A stretch of 64,000 bases of DNA from Octopus sinensis (lineage: Eukaryota): assembly GCF_006345805.1 (NCBI RefSeq), contig NC_043019.1, forward strand, positions 24,365,360 to 24,429,359, read 5' to 3'. Of this stretch, positions 53,342 to 64,000 are shown piece after piece. The translations under genes and the position numbers were made by a program. The notes under the pieces are model-generated. The model ran no database searches, had not been told where the DNA came from, and worked only from the letters and a program-made list of their open reading frames with translations. The stretch's first letter is position 1; every line of letters starts with the position of its first letter.

Positions 53342-54074
53342 CTGGATCTTGATCTATCTCACTTCGGACAACAGGTGGATGGGTTTAACCACCTTACTAG
53401 TGAGCAAAAAATTTCATTTAATCGATTAGCAGTTTAGTGTGATAAATCCTATTAATTAGTACTATAAACATAATTATTGAAAATCATTATAATTAGTTTA
53501 AACCTTATTGTATCTTCGCCCTTTCTCCGACTAAAACTTATTGGTGTATTCCGCTATTATCTTTTTATTATTTTTTATCCATCTTATACCCTCGTAGAAT
53601 GATTAACCCACCAGTCATTTACTTAACGTCCCAAAGAAATACACAAACAAAATGGTATGATTATAACCATATTCAACTTCTTTTTCTTCTCTAGGGTCTT
53701 CTTTTTTATTTATTCTTCACTCTGATGAAAATCCATGTTACAGATCGGTTTTATTATTAAATATGATAAATGCCATACATCATTGGAGGCAGAAACAGCT
53801 ATTAGTTGGGATGTAGTCTATTTGTATTGAATTAATAAATAATAATTAATGTAAGCCAATTGTTGTTCATCAATATTTTTCCATTTTCTGTTTTCTTTAA
53901 ATTTTGATTCTTGATAAACCCATGTTTATCCTTGTCTTTACCTATAGTTTATGAGCATAATATGTTTGCATATGTATGCCCATGGTTAAACATAAGTAAT
54001 ATACCAGTAGTATAATGGATACTTTTATCCCATAGACGGTTATTTTTACCTTTAACTCAGCTACCTTATTATAT

Positions 54075-54116
<42 letters not shown>

Positions 54117-54340
54117 ATATCTATATATATATATATTATACATATATATATGTATATATATATACATATATATACATATATATATATGCATACATACATA
54201 CATATATATACATATATATACATATATATATACATATATATATACGTATATATATATATATAATATATATATATATACATACATACATATATATACATAT
54301 ATATACATATATATATACATACATACATACATACATATAT

Positions 54341-54390
<50 letters not shown>

Positions 54391-54396
<6 letters not shown>

Positions 54397-54777
54397 AAGG
54401 AGTCAAAGAGTCAAAAGGAAGAGTAAGTACGGGTAGGCAGCATTTTAATGATCACTACAAATGTTTCGATACATATAGATCTACTTATACATACAGGATT
54501 AAAATTTAAATTAAAAGTAAATTAAATTAGGCAATGACTTGCCTGTATAATACCATCCATACGTATCTCCTCGGGCGATATTTAATCGCTGTCTCCACAA
54601 GTAAATTTTGACTTCAATGCTATTACATCCATGGCTCCTTTGAAACTATCAAACCTAATTTCATTTAATTTCAATTTCAATTTAAAGCCTGTATATATAT
54701 GTATTGAAATATTGGTAGTGATCATTAAAAACCTGCCTAACCGTACTTATTTTTCCTTTTGACTCTTTTGCTCTTTA
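54391..54777. mobile_element. Foldback/MITE-like element with ~140-bp imperfect terminal inverted repeats
   Basis: taaag..agagtcaaaaggaa..taagtacgg.taggcag..ttttaatgatcactac.aat is mirrored at 54650-54777. Confidence 0.7.
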
Positions 54778-55042
54778 TTTTTTTATTTTCACACACGTGG
54801 AATACCTAACACTAGAATTGGTAGCATACCATAATAATATTACCGGCTATTTGGGAATTCTAAGGGTGAATGAGCTCTATTTGTACACTAATACGTTCTT
54901 AAGGGAACACGCCTTAAGTGACTATATATATATGTGTGTGTGTGTGGTTATTAAAAAAAAAACGGACAAGAAAAAACAACAACGTGAGGACGTTGTACAT
55001 GCAAAGTATTAATAAAACGCTCAAGGGAGGAAGGAAAGGGTG

Positions 55043-55073
55043 TTTTACGTTTCGAGCAAAACTCATCAGAATC
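55043..55073 (-). ncRNA. Minimal hammerhead-like motif
   Basis: Reads gatt-CTGATGA-gttttgctc-GAAA-cg-TA-aaac; helix III is loop-less (dimer type); helices I and II are imperfect. Confidence 0.45.
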
Positions 55074-55249
55074 AGGAGACAGAGAAAAGTCCAAAATAAT
55101 AGGAAGGCGGAGAAAAACTCGCTAACAATCCACATATAGTTACATAACCCCAACATGACCGTAGCTTTAAAGCTGCGGTCATTGATTTTTGTCGATTTAT
55201 AAACAATTTAACATTAGAAGGAGGAATAAGTCAATACTTTTTGTAGAGT

Positions 55250-55620
55250 ACGCCTCGCTGTGTGGTAAGAAATTTGCTTCCCAAATGCAGGGTGCCGGGT
55301 TCAGTCTCACAGCATGGCACTTTAGGCAAGTATCTTCTAATATAGCCTAAGGCCAATCAAGACCTTGTGAGTGGATTTCGTTGAGGGAAACTAAAGAGCA
55401 CCCGTCGTCTATATATGCGTGTGTGCTTTTGTGCTTGTCCCACCAATGCTTGTCAACGTTTGTTGGTTTGTTTACGTCTCCGTAACTAAGCAGTTCGCAA
55501 AAGAGACGGATAGAATAATTACCGAGTTTAAGAAAATACTTACTGGAATCGAGTCGATTAAAGTTCTTCAAGATGGTGCCCCAGCATGGTCGCAGTCCAA
55601 TGACAGAAACAAGTGGAAAG
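55250..55620 (+). mobile_element. Degenerate SINE family A
   Basis: gctgtgtggtaagaaatttgcttcc..gggttcagtctc..ggcactttaggcaagt..gtgccccagcatgg.cgcagtc. Confidence 0.8.
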
Positions 55621-55621
55621 A

Positions 55622-55665
<44 letters not shown>

Positions 55666-56447
55666 TACATATAAATCAAATATAGGTCAGAAGGAACACA
55701 ACAAACGGAAACCAACAAAACTCAACATGCGGAAGGACAGACGATAGCATGACAAACGGTAAACAGGACAAAACCATCATACACAAATCATTCGCAGCCG
55801 ATTTCCTCATCAGGCCGGAAAGTCCTTGTTGCTTCGTCCAACTACACACCACACACACACACATTGGCACACGCATATATTGATTTGAATACTCATTTTT
55901 TGGTCCCTTTTTTAATCACATTCTCCCTTCATTTTGCTGCGCTGCCTTTTCTTACGAAGTCATTTACTAAACCTTTTACCTTTCGGTCAATTGACCTTTG
56001 TAAAAAGTTTATAAATTTACTTTTCTGCTTTCTTTTCTTTATTATAGCTTCACATTTTGTAAGTTTCTATAATGCTAAACAGATTTTTGTTTTCTATTTG
56101 TTGTTATTATGGGCGAAAGAAGACTATTAAATCTATTACTTTTAACCAAAACGTAACTTATCGTTTTATTCAACTACATTTCACTTGTTTATTATACTTT
56201 TTGCGGCAACAGTTAATCACATTCTCAAACTGATTCCATTCATTCAAGAAGTATCACAACCAATCGAATCAACTCTAAATGTTCATTTGCTTGTCTATCA
56301 GCCAATTTCTATTACGGTGTCTAAATGACATGTATTATTCCAAAATTTCACTTCTGTCAAATGATCAGTTAAAGGAAACTCTGAAGATTGAAACTCTGAA
56401 ATGTGTGAAAATCTACACCTTCCATAATATACTCTTTTGCTCTCTCT

Positions 56448-56504
<57 letters not shown>

Positions 56505-56524
56505 ATGCACACACACACACATCT

Positions 56525-56787
56525 TACTCTTTCATTTTATTACTCGTTTCAGTCATTTGACTGCGGCCATGTTGGAGCACTACATTGAAGGGTTTTAGTC
56601 GAACAAATTGACCCCAGGATCTAGTTTGTAAGACTAGTATTATTCTACCGTCTATTTTGCCGAACCGGAGACATAAACTCAGCAACACCGGTTGTCAAGC
56701 GGTGATGAGAGGACAAACGCAAACACATACATACATACATACATACATACATACACACATACATACATACATACATACATACATACA

Positions 56788-56821
<34 letters not shown>

Positions 56822-56907
56822 CATACATACATACATTCATACATACATAAATACATACATGCATGCATGCATGCATACATACATACATACATACATACAT
56901 ACATACA

Positions 56908-56943
<36 letters not shown>

Positions 56944-57050
56944 TATGCGACAGGCTTCTTTTAGTTAGTCTGCCCGATGCAATGCAGTGGGACTGAATCC
57001 GGAACCATGTGGATAGGAAGCAAGTATCTTGTCACACAGTCATTCCTATG
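56525..57050 (-). mobile_element. SINE family A with an internal (CATA)n expansion and partial deletion
   Basis: Family A tail and head flank about 215 bp of (CATA)n. Confidence 0.75.
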
Positions 57051-57067
57051 CCTTTATTTATATATAT

Positions 57068-58175
57068 AATGGGCTCTCCCGTCGGTTTCCACGTATGACG
57101 ATCCGACAACTTACTCTTTCTTTGTCAGTCATAATGCTTATGCCGAATGCGATATTTAAGTCCCGCAAACGATTTGCAAAGAAGGTGACAGATACTGCAA
57201 GATCAGTGCAGGTATATTTGCAGACGCTTTTCTCATTTGCATTGCACCCCTTTTAATGCTGGTTGCAACAACGTTTCTTATACCATTTTGACACAACGGC
57301 CTCCATTTTGTTTGTTCCAAGGCTGTTCGCTCAAAGATGTTGCAAACTATCTTCATTTTTTAAGATGTTACTCTTCAGTTTTTCCTTATATCTGAGCCAT
57401 GGTGGACCAGCATTCCTGTGCATATTCCCAAGCTGGTTGTACATAAGGACTTTGAGTATTCTTTTGTCACTCATTCTGACGACGTGGCCTGCCCAACGCA
57501 ATTGTGATTGCATAAAGAAGCTCTCAATTCCACCAATCTTACACTTGCTTAACAGGTCAGGATTAGTGAATAACCGCAGATTGTCCTCAAATAGCCCTTG
57601 TGGTAGATGTCTAGTTGGTTAATGTTTCGTCTGTAGGGTATCCACAATTCTCAGCCATACAAGAGAGTAGTAAGAATGGCAGCTTTATAGACCTGTACTT
57701 TGGTGTCAAGTTTGATGTCCCTTTCAATCCATAGGCGATGGCGGAGCTTGCTAAATGCGTTGGTTGTTTTTTGCAAAATGACTGGCTATTTAATCATCAA
57801 GGGAAGCGCTCGAATTCACTTTACTACCAAGATATGTAAATGACTTCACATAATGCAGGTTTTTCTGTATAGGTGTGTCAGGAAAATTGTGAACTGTTAG
57901 CCTCTGCTTGACACCTCAGATTTGTTTTGGTGTAGGGAAAGGTTGGTGGATTACTTCCGTCTTGCTGATGGTCAAACCAAAGGCTTTACATTCAACAGAA
58001 AACCAGTGTAGAAGTTCCCGAGCTTCCTCTAAAGAGGTCGCTGCTAGTGCAGCATCATCTACAAAAAGTAGATTACGAATGATACCGGTGCGTAGAAGTG
58101 TTCTGGCTTTGAAATACTGATGATTGAATAGTTCACCTCTTGTTCGAAACTGAAATTTGACACCACTTTGTATGT
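57068..58175 (-). mobile_element. RTE/BovB-like LINE, 5'-truncated and degenerate
   Basis: IRNLLFVDDAAL, GLTIS..KTEV, FTYLGS, TKVQVYKAAILTTLLYG, QLRWAGHVVRMSDKRILK.LMY.QL, TALEQTKWR. Confidence 0.9.
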
Positions 58176-58483
58176 CGCCAAAACCTCATACATACATAAG
58201 CAAATAAAGACAGATCGATACATAAACTATATTGAATACGTGAAATACAAAATATTCTTTCTTCTAGCCTTTTAATTTTCTATATCACTTGTACTCTGTG
58301 TAAGTTGGACCTTTTTATATGTACAGATATATGCATATTTTGTATTTCATGTATTTCATGTACTTTATATATTGATCTGTTTAATTTATTTATCCCCACA
58401 TTTGTTTCTATACCCGCTCAAGTTTGAATATTTTGAGCACTACAAAGTGTATTCTATACTGAGAACTCTGGCTCTCATCTATG

Positions 58484-58534
<51 letters not shown>

Positions 58535-58538
<4 letters not shown>

Positions 58539-58762
58539 TTATTACCCACAAGGGGCTAAACATAGAGGAGACAAACAAGGACAGACAAACGGATAAAGTC
58601 GATTATATCGACCCCAGTGCGTAACTGGTACTTAATTTATCAATCCCGAAAGGATGAAAGGCAAAGTCAACCTCAGCGGAATTTGAACTCAGAACGTAGC
58701 GACGGGTGAAATACCGCGAAGCGCTTCGCCCGGCGTGCTAACGTCTCTGCCAGCTCGCCGCT
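58535..58762 (-). mobile_element. tRNA-derived SINE, family B
   Basis: Matches the other family B copies. Confidence 0.9.
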
Positions 58763-58924
58763 TTACCAGGATAAGTAATGTGTTCAGTTTGATCAACTAA
58801 TAACTCCGGTAGGTGGTGTCTTACCACAGCTGCAGACCAATGAGGAAATCAGTAATAGAATAAAGGAATAATTTATGTGTGTACATATATGTGTGTGTGT
58901 ATGTATGTATATATATATATATAT

Positions 58925-59165
58925 ATACGAGCAAAACGCCCTCCCCCGTCCAATGGAAGGTGCAGTTATGTACACGTTAACGGAAGAAAAGTAGGACAAA
59001 AACGGCTTTATCGATCGCATTCACACCTGGAATCGACTTTTGTAATTTCTTCACGCCCTGATACCGTCGGTATCAAATTTGAGCGCAATCGGATGGAGGA
59101 TGCCCGAGATCCGAGAAGACACACACACACAGACAGACAGACAGAACATGTGTGTGAGTGTTTGT
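58925..59165 (+). mobile_element. Possible Helitron-like non-autonomous fragment
   Basis: atcaaatttgagcgcaatcggatg followed by (CA)/(CAGA)n, a layout reminiscent of small Helitron derivatives; termini not confirmed. Confidence 0.35.
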
Positions 59166-59558
59166 GTGCAAAGCAAATAAATAGAATTCAGGATATGGAA
59201 ATATATGTTGGATTATATTTTAAATCGGAAGTTACAAAGTTATTCAAGGGCCGATATTTTTGTGCATAACTCATTGTAGAAAACGTGAATCACTTTGTAA
59301 ATTTTGCTGATTAATACGCGCACACATAGAAACACATACGCACGCACAGACACGCACGCACACTCACACACATGCACACATATACACACACGCATACACA
59401 CACAATTCTACGTATACTATTGTAATAAACCTTGAGCAATCGTTCAGTTTAATTTAAAATCGATTTTGTATATAACTTGACATACAAGCAACGATTAATA
59501 CATACATCCATAGCTTTATAAATATATATATATACACTTACACACACACACACGCACA

Positions 59559-59612
<54 letters not shown>

Positions 59613-59754
59613 GTGTGTGTGTCTGTGTGTGCAGGGGTGTCTGTGTGTGTGTGAGTGTGTGTATGCGCGCGTGTGTGTATGTATTATTTAAACTGTCCGA
59701 CCAACGTGAAAGTAATGGGGTCGACTTCTTCAACTAAAACCCTTTAAGGGTGGT

Positions 59755-59854
59755 NNNNNNNNNNNNNNNNNNNNNNNNNNNNNNNNNNNNNNNNNNNNNN
59801 NNNNNNNNNNNNNNNNNNNNNNNNNNNNNNNNNNNNNNNNNNNNNNNNNNNNNN
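59755..59854. other. Assembly gap (100 N)
   Basis: Run of n. Confidence 1.
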
Positions 59855-59924
59855 CGATTTATAATAGAATTTGCAAGAATGAATTGCATCAGAGCGGTTT
59901 ATGTCTGGTAGTTATATTAAAAAC

Positions 59925-60260
59925 AGATTACATCACATCATTACATTACATATCCCGTCGTCAGGCTCACCGTTGGGGCACCACTGATAACTTTGCGACC
60001 AAAACTCTCCACCTGTCTCTGTCTTCTGCCTCTCGCACTGTGTCTCTCATCTTTAGGCCTATCCATTCAGATGTTGTTTTCTCATCTCTTTCTCCGTCTG
60101 CCTCTGCGTCTGGCACTTTTGGCTGTTCCCTGAAGGATTGTTTTGGCCATTCCTGATGAGCGGGTGACATGCCTAAACCACCTGAACTTGCGTTTCTATA
60201 CTGTGGTAAGTTCTTCATAGGCTTCTATTTCCTGTCTTATTCTTCTTTTCGCTTCCTTAA
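59925..60260 (-). mobile_element. RTE-clade LINE 3' end
   Basis: Frameshifted RWFRHVTRSSGMAKTILQGTAK..RRRGRRRKR, then EWIGLKMRDTVREAEDRDRWRVLVAKLSVVPQR, and a (TGTAA)-like tail. Confidence 0.85.
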
Positions 60261-60384
60261 AAATAGATACTTTCAGACAAAACATACTTTAATATAGTTG
60301 CATTCCGATTTATTTTCAATAATATAAACCAACCTTTGTCTAATTCTTTGTTGATCTTTTCATTATTATATTACTAATGGTGAT

Positions 60385-60590
60385 GGCCTGCCAGAATCTT
60401 TAAGCACGCCGGGCAAAATGCTTCGTGGCATTTCATCTGCCTTTACTTTTTGAGTTCAAATTCCGTTGGAGTCCTCTTTGTCTTTATCCTTTCGGGGTCG
60501 ATAAAATAAGCAGCAGTTGAGCACTGGCATCAATATAATCAACGAGCTCCCTCCCTCAAAATTTCAGGTCATGTGCTTCGAGCAGAACTG
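60385..60590 (+). mobile_element. Degenerate SINE family B
   Basis: gcacgccgggcaaaatgctt..gagttcaaattcc..tcctttcggggtcgataaaataag. Confidence 0.7.
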
Positions 60591-60925
60591 ATCGTCCTTC
60601 ATATACTGGGCTTATATTCTACAGTCATCTTTACATTTTATTCTTTCGAGCTCAATAAAATAAGTACCAGACAGGTATTGAAGTCGATGTAACTGACTGT
60701 AACCATAATCAAAATAACTTCGAGTCCTAATATGTCGTTGCTCCTTATGGACAAAGGCAGAGTATAAAATCAAAGCTGAGACTGTGCAACTAAGATAAGT
60801 TCCGACAAAGTGGCAATGCATTTATGTTACTTTTTTTTTATATATAAATAACTATTATTTTATAAAATTGTTTTGGCTCATTTATAACTCTGATACATAA
60901 TATAAATATAACTGTAATGAAAATA

Positions 60926-61127
60926 TTTCGTTTTTGGATTTGGTTTGCAAGATTCTTTATATGAGTTCGTGTGTTGAAGCATATTCTGTTGTGTCTGGGG
61001 AGAGTCATTCTCTTTTTGTGCCTTGTAATTTAACACACGCACCGGTAAAATTTCCACTTATTTCTTATTTCTGTTTTCTAAAATTTTCGTTGCGTCTTGC
61101 AACCTTTTCAATAGTCTTGACTCTAAT
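60926..61127 (+). repeat. ~200-bp dispersed repeat; inverted partner at 63749-63956
   Basis: Direct reverse-complement comparison. Confidence 0.85.
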
Positions 61128-61959
61128 GATAATGATTATGAAATTAACAATTTTGATTTCGAACGGTGACGGCCAGCAGACAGACATAAGTTGTAAGCCC
61201 TATTTTGTTCCGTTTCTTTTTATTCTGAGTTCAAATTGGGATCAACTTTTTTCTTTCAACTCTCTAGTATGTATACAGTAAATACCAGTTAAACATGCGA
61301 TTTGGTTAATGGATTGTGCTTTTCTTCTAAAATGTATATTCTGTGACAGCGTTACAAAGAACTTATCTATCTGTTTAAAACATTCCAGTGGTGTATATAC
61401 CCACGTACATTCTGGATATTTTTGCCCAGTTGCTCAGTGAAATACAATTGATTTATGGAAATTTTACTAATTAAGCTTTTCTCCATGATTTTGCTTAATA
61501 GTCATAAACGAAATTATTATAAAGAGGTCTGATCTTACATCTTGCATTAGAGTATAATGATATACCATATCAAATGATGCGATGCCTAAAATATTAATCT
61601 CCTATGTAATGCTTTATTTTTGAAACGAAATCGAAGACAAACGCTATTACAGATGTGATACTGACACTGTATAACTGGAAAACCAATGAATATTTAAAAT
61701 TAAGTAACATATAAATACGCCTACATATATACATGTCTTTATATATGCTTACGTATATGTAGATGCATATACATATATGCATAAGTAAATGTGTATGTAT
61801 GCACACACACACACACACACTCTCTCTCTCTCTCCCTCACACACACACACACACACACACACATACATACAGAAAGACAAAAATAGATACAGAGAGAGAG
61901 AGAGGAGAAAAGAAAGAAAGAGAAGACAGGATACATACTTTAGTGGAGTATCTACAGCA

Positions 61960-62945
61960 CTTTAATTTCTGTGCTTTGTAGTTTTAGGTTTGAAACTAAT
62001 TATGTTTAGGTTTGATGATTGTATTAGTAATGATAAATAACATTGGTTTACAGAGAAATTGAGGCAATTGTTCTAGCCTAATTTGGGGGCTCTGATTTCA
62101 GAAACAAAACCAGTTTTCACTCATCACTTCTAGTTTTTGAGATGCACATTATTATGATTTTGTGACAATTCACGTAACCATGTATATGATCAATTTTTAT
62201 TTTGTTTTCCAGATTTTTGTCATGCATATGATACATATCTCTAGATTAGCTTCAGGCACTTCAAAACACCGAGGATGCATCAACAAGGCAAATTCATTCT
62301 GCTACGTGTGTGATTTCACGACAGCTGCGCAGTACCAAACAAATACTTCCCTCTTGGGAACTGCTTGCTTTCATTATTTTGATTGTAAGATTAGAGATTA
62401 GGACAAATCCTGGGCCCAATACATCTGTTGTAAACCTTACTATAATGGACTAACTGCATGGTTTAACGGCAAGAAAGCAGCCTTCAACTTTATTTCCCGA
62501 TGGCCTGGAGAAAGCCACGAAGCCATGCAGATGATTGTTATTTTTGTCTAACAAATATAACAGGTTTCAATGCTTCTCCTAGAAAGAAATTATATATCCC
62601 AACCTTATCTCAGCTATGGGACCCGTTCCCGACTCAGATGATCTCTCTAATCTTACACTCCCAGCAAATAAGGATCTTCTTCCTTCATCAGGTGAAGGAA
62701 TGCCAGACAGGTAATCTGTCTAAGCTAGATGTTAGTGAAAACTCGAAGTGTTAGATTATTTTTACATTTAGACCTGTGGAAAATTTTGAAGGACTTGAAA
62801 ATTTTTTTTGTATACATGTGGAGAATGCTTCGCGCTGCTAATCAATTTGATATATCATAACTTTCCAAGGATCATATGTATTGTGTTTTTCACCTATGTT
62901 TCATGAGCTGAACATCGATCAAAAGTATTTTGTTGTAAAGTTACA
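61960..62945 (+). mobile_element. Degenerate DNA transposon with a Chapaev3-like transposase N-terminus
   Basis: RGCINKANSFCYVC..FHYFDCKIRD*DKSWAQYICCK..LTAWFNGKK..PMAWRKPRSHADDCYFC; family assigned from memory of this Cys-rich motif. Confidence 0.65.
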
Positions 62946-63429
62946 CAATTATTTACATTCGAGATGCATTTGAACCATGCATTGTTGAAACCATCGTATA
63001 AAGGAAGAAATATAATACCGTTACCTCCATTACATGTGTTTCATTTCCTAATAGAAGGTACAAAATTGTACATGCTGCATGTAAAGTATCTGCTTTGAGG
63101 AATTTTTCAAACAGAGAATCAAATAATACTAATATTTTCGATTTTCGGCTTGAGGAATTACTAATAATAGATATCTTACAAGTTTCGCCTGCATTTACAA
63201 TTTTGTAACTCCAATTAGAAAATGAAACATGTGTAATGGTAATAAATAATACCAAATATTTTTCAAATCTCCGGTTTTGATATGTAAAATACATTTTCCA
63301 GTATTTTTCAACTCTTGTGCATACCTCAGACAAATATAACAGTACATAGAATTGCTGGAATGAACAAATATGCTTCAATAAGATACAGCGGGATTACATT
63401 TCTATCTACATATCATATATATATATATG

Positions 63430-63484
<55 letters not shown>

Positions 63485-63489
63485 TGTGT

Positions 63490-63528
<39 letters not shown>

Positions 63529-63684
63529 TGTGTGTGTGTGTTTGTGTGTGTCATGTATGTATGTATATATATATATATACATATATATATGTATATATAT
63601 ATATGCGTGTGTGTGTGTGTGTGTTTGTGTGTGTGTGTATGTGTGTGTGTGCGTGTGTGTGTGTGTATATATCTATATCTTTAT

Positions 63685-63956
63685 ACTATTGTGTTTGGGG
63701 AGAGTCATTTTCCTTTTGTGCCTTATGATTTAACACACTCACCGGTAAGAGAGTCAAGATTATTGAAAAGATTGCAAGACGCAACGAAATTTTTGGAAAA
63801 TAAAAATAAGAAATAAGTGGAAATTTTACCGGTGCGTGTGTTAAATTATAAGGCACAAAAAGAAAATGACTCTCCTCAGACACAATAGAATATGCTTCAA
63901 CACACGAACTCACATAAAGAAATAAAGAATCTTACAAACCAAATCCCAAAACGAAA
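63685..63956 (-). repeat. Inverted copy of the 60926 repeat, preceded by a short plus-strand partial copy (63685-63748) forming a local hairpin
   Basis: Direct comparison with 60926-61127. Confidence 0.8.
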
Positions 63957-64000
63957 TATATATATATTTATATGTACGTATGTGATGTATTATATATATA

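Noticed and set aside
53715-53760. CTGATGA in a Penelope-like-looking context
   Set aside because: No GAAA/helix III half follows, so it cannot be called a ribozyme.
55770-55830. Minus-strand CTGATGAGGAAA
   Set aside because: Helix II is absent and helix I does not pair.

Overview
AT-rich eukaryotic DNA saturated with microsatellites and one 100-N gap (59755-59854). The SINE families and repeat style suggest an octopus (coleoid cephalopod) genome; this is inference, not a database match. I recognise no host protein-coding gene, and nearly all short ORFs in the track are translated microsatellites. The window is a transposon graveyard: a young CR1/L2-group LINE with one frameshift (about 2540-5960), fragments of RTE, Tx1/L1, R4/Dong-like and HERO-like LINEs, Penelope-like remnants, two Tc1/mariner transposase relics, a Chapaev3-like relic, non-autonomous Helitrons, MITE/foldback elements and at least three tRNA-SINE families. 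Two features stand out. First, several type I hammerhead ribozyme motifs sit in Penelope-like terminal-repeat contexts, including a divergent pair inside a 428-bp near-perfect palindrome (26185-26612). Second, eight diverged copies of a cassette between 1.6 and 19.8 kb carry a minus-strand ~95-nt AG/GT-bounded segment, followed in five copies by a conserved 72-73-nt GT-AG intron-like segment. All alignments and folds were done by eye, so degenerate element boundaries are approximate.
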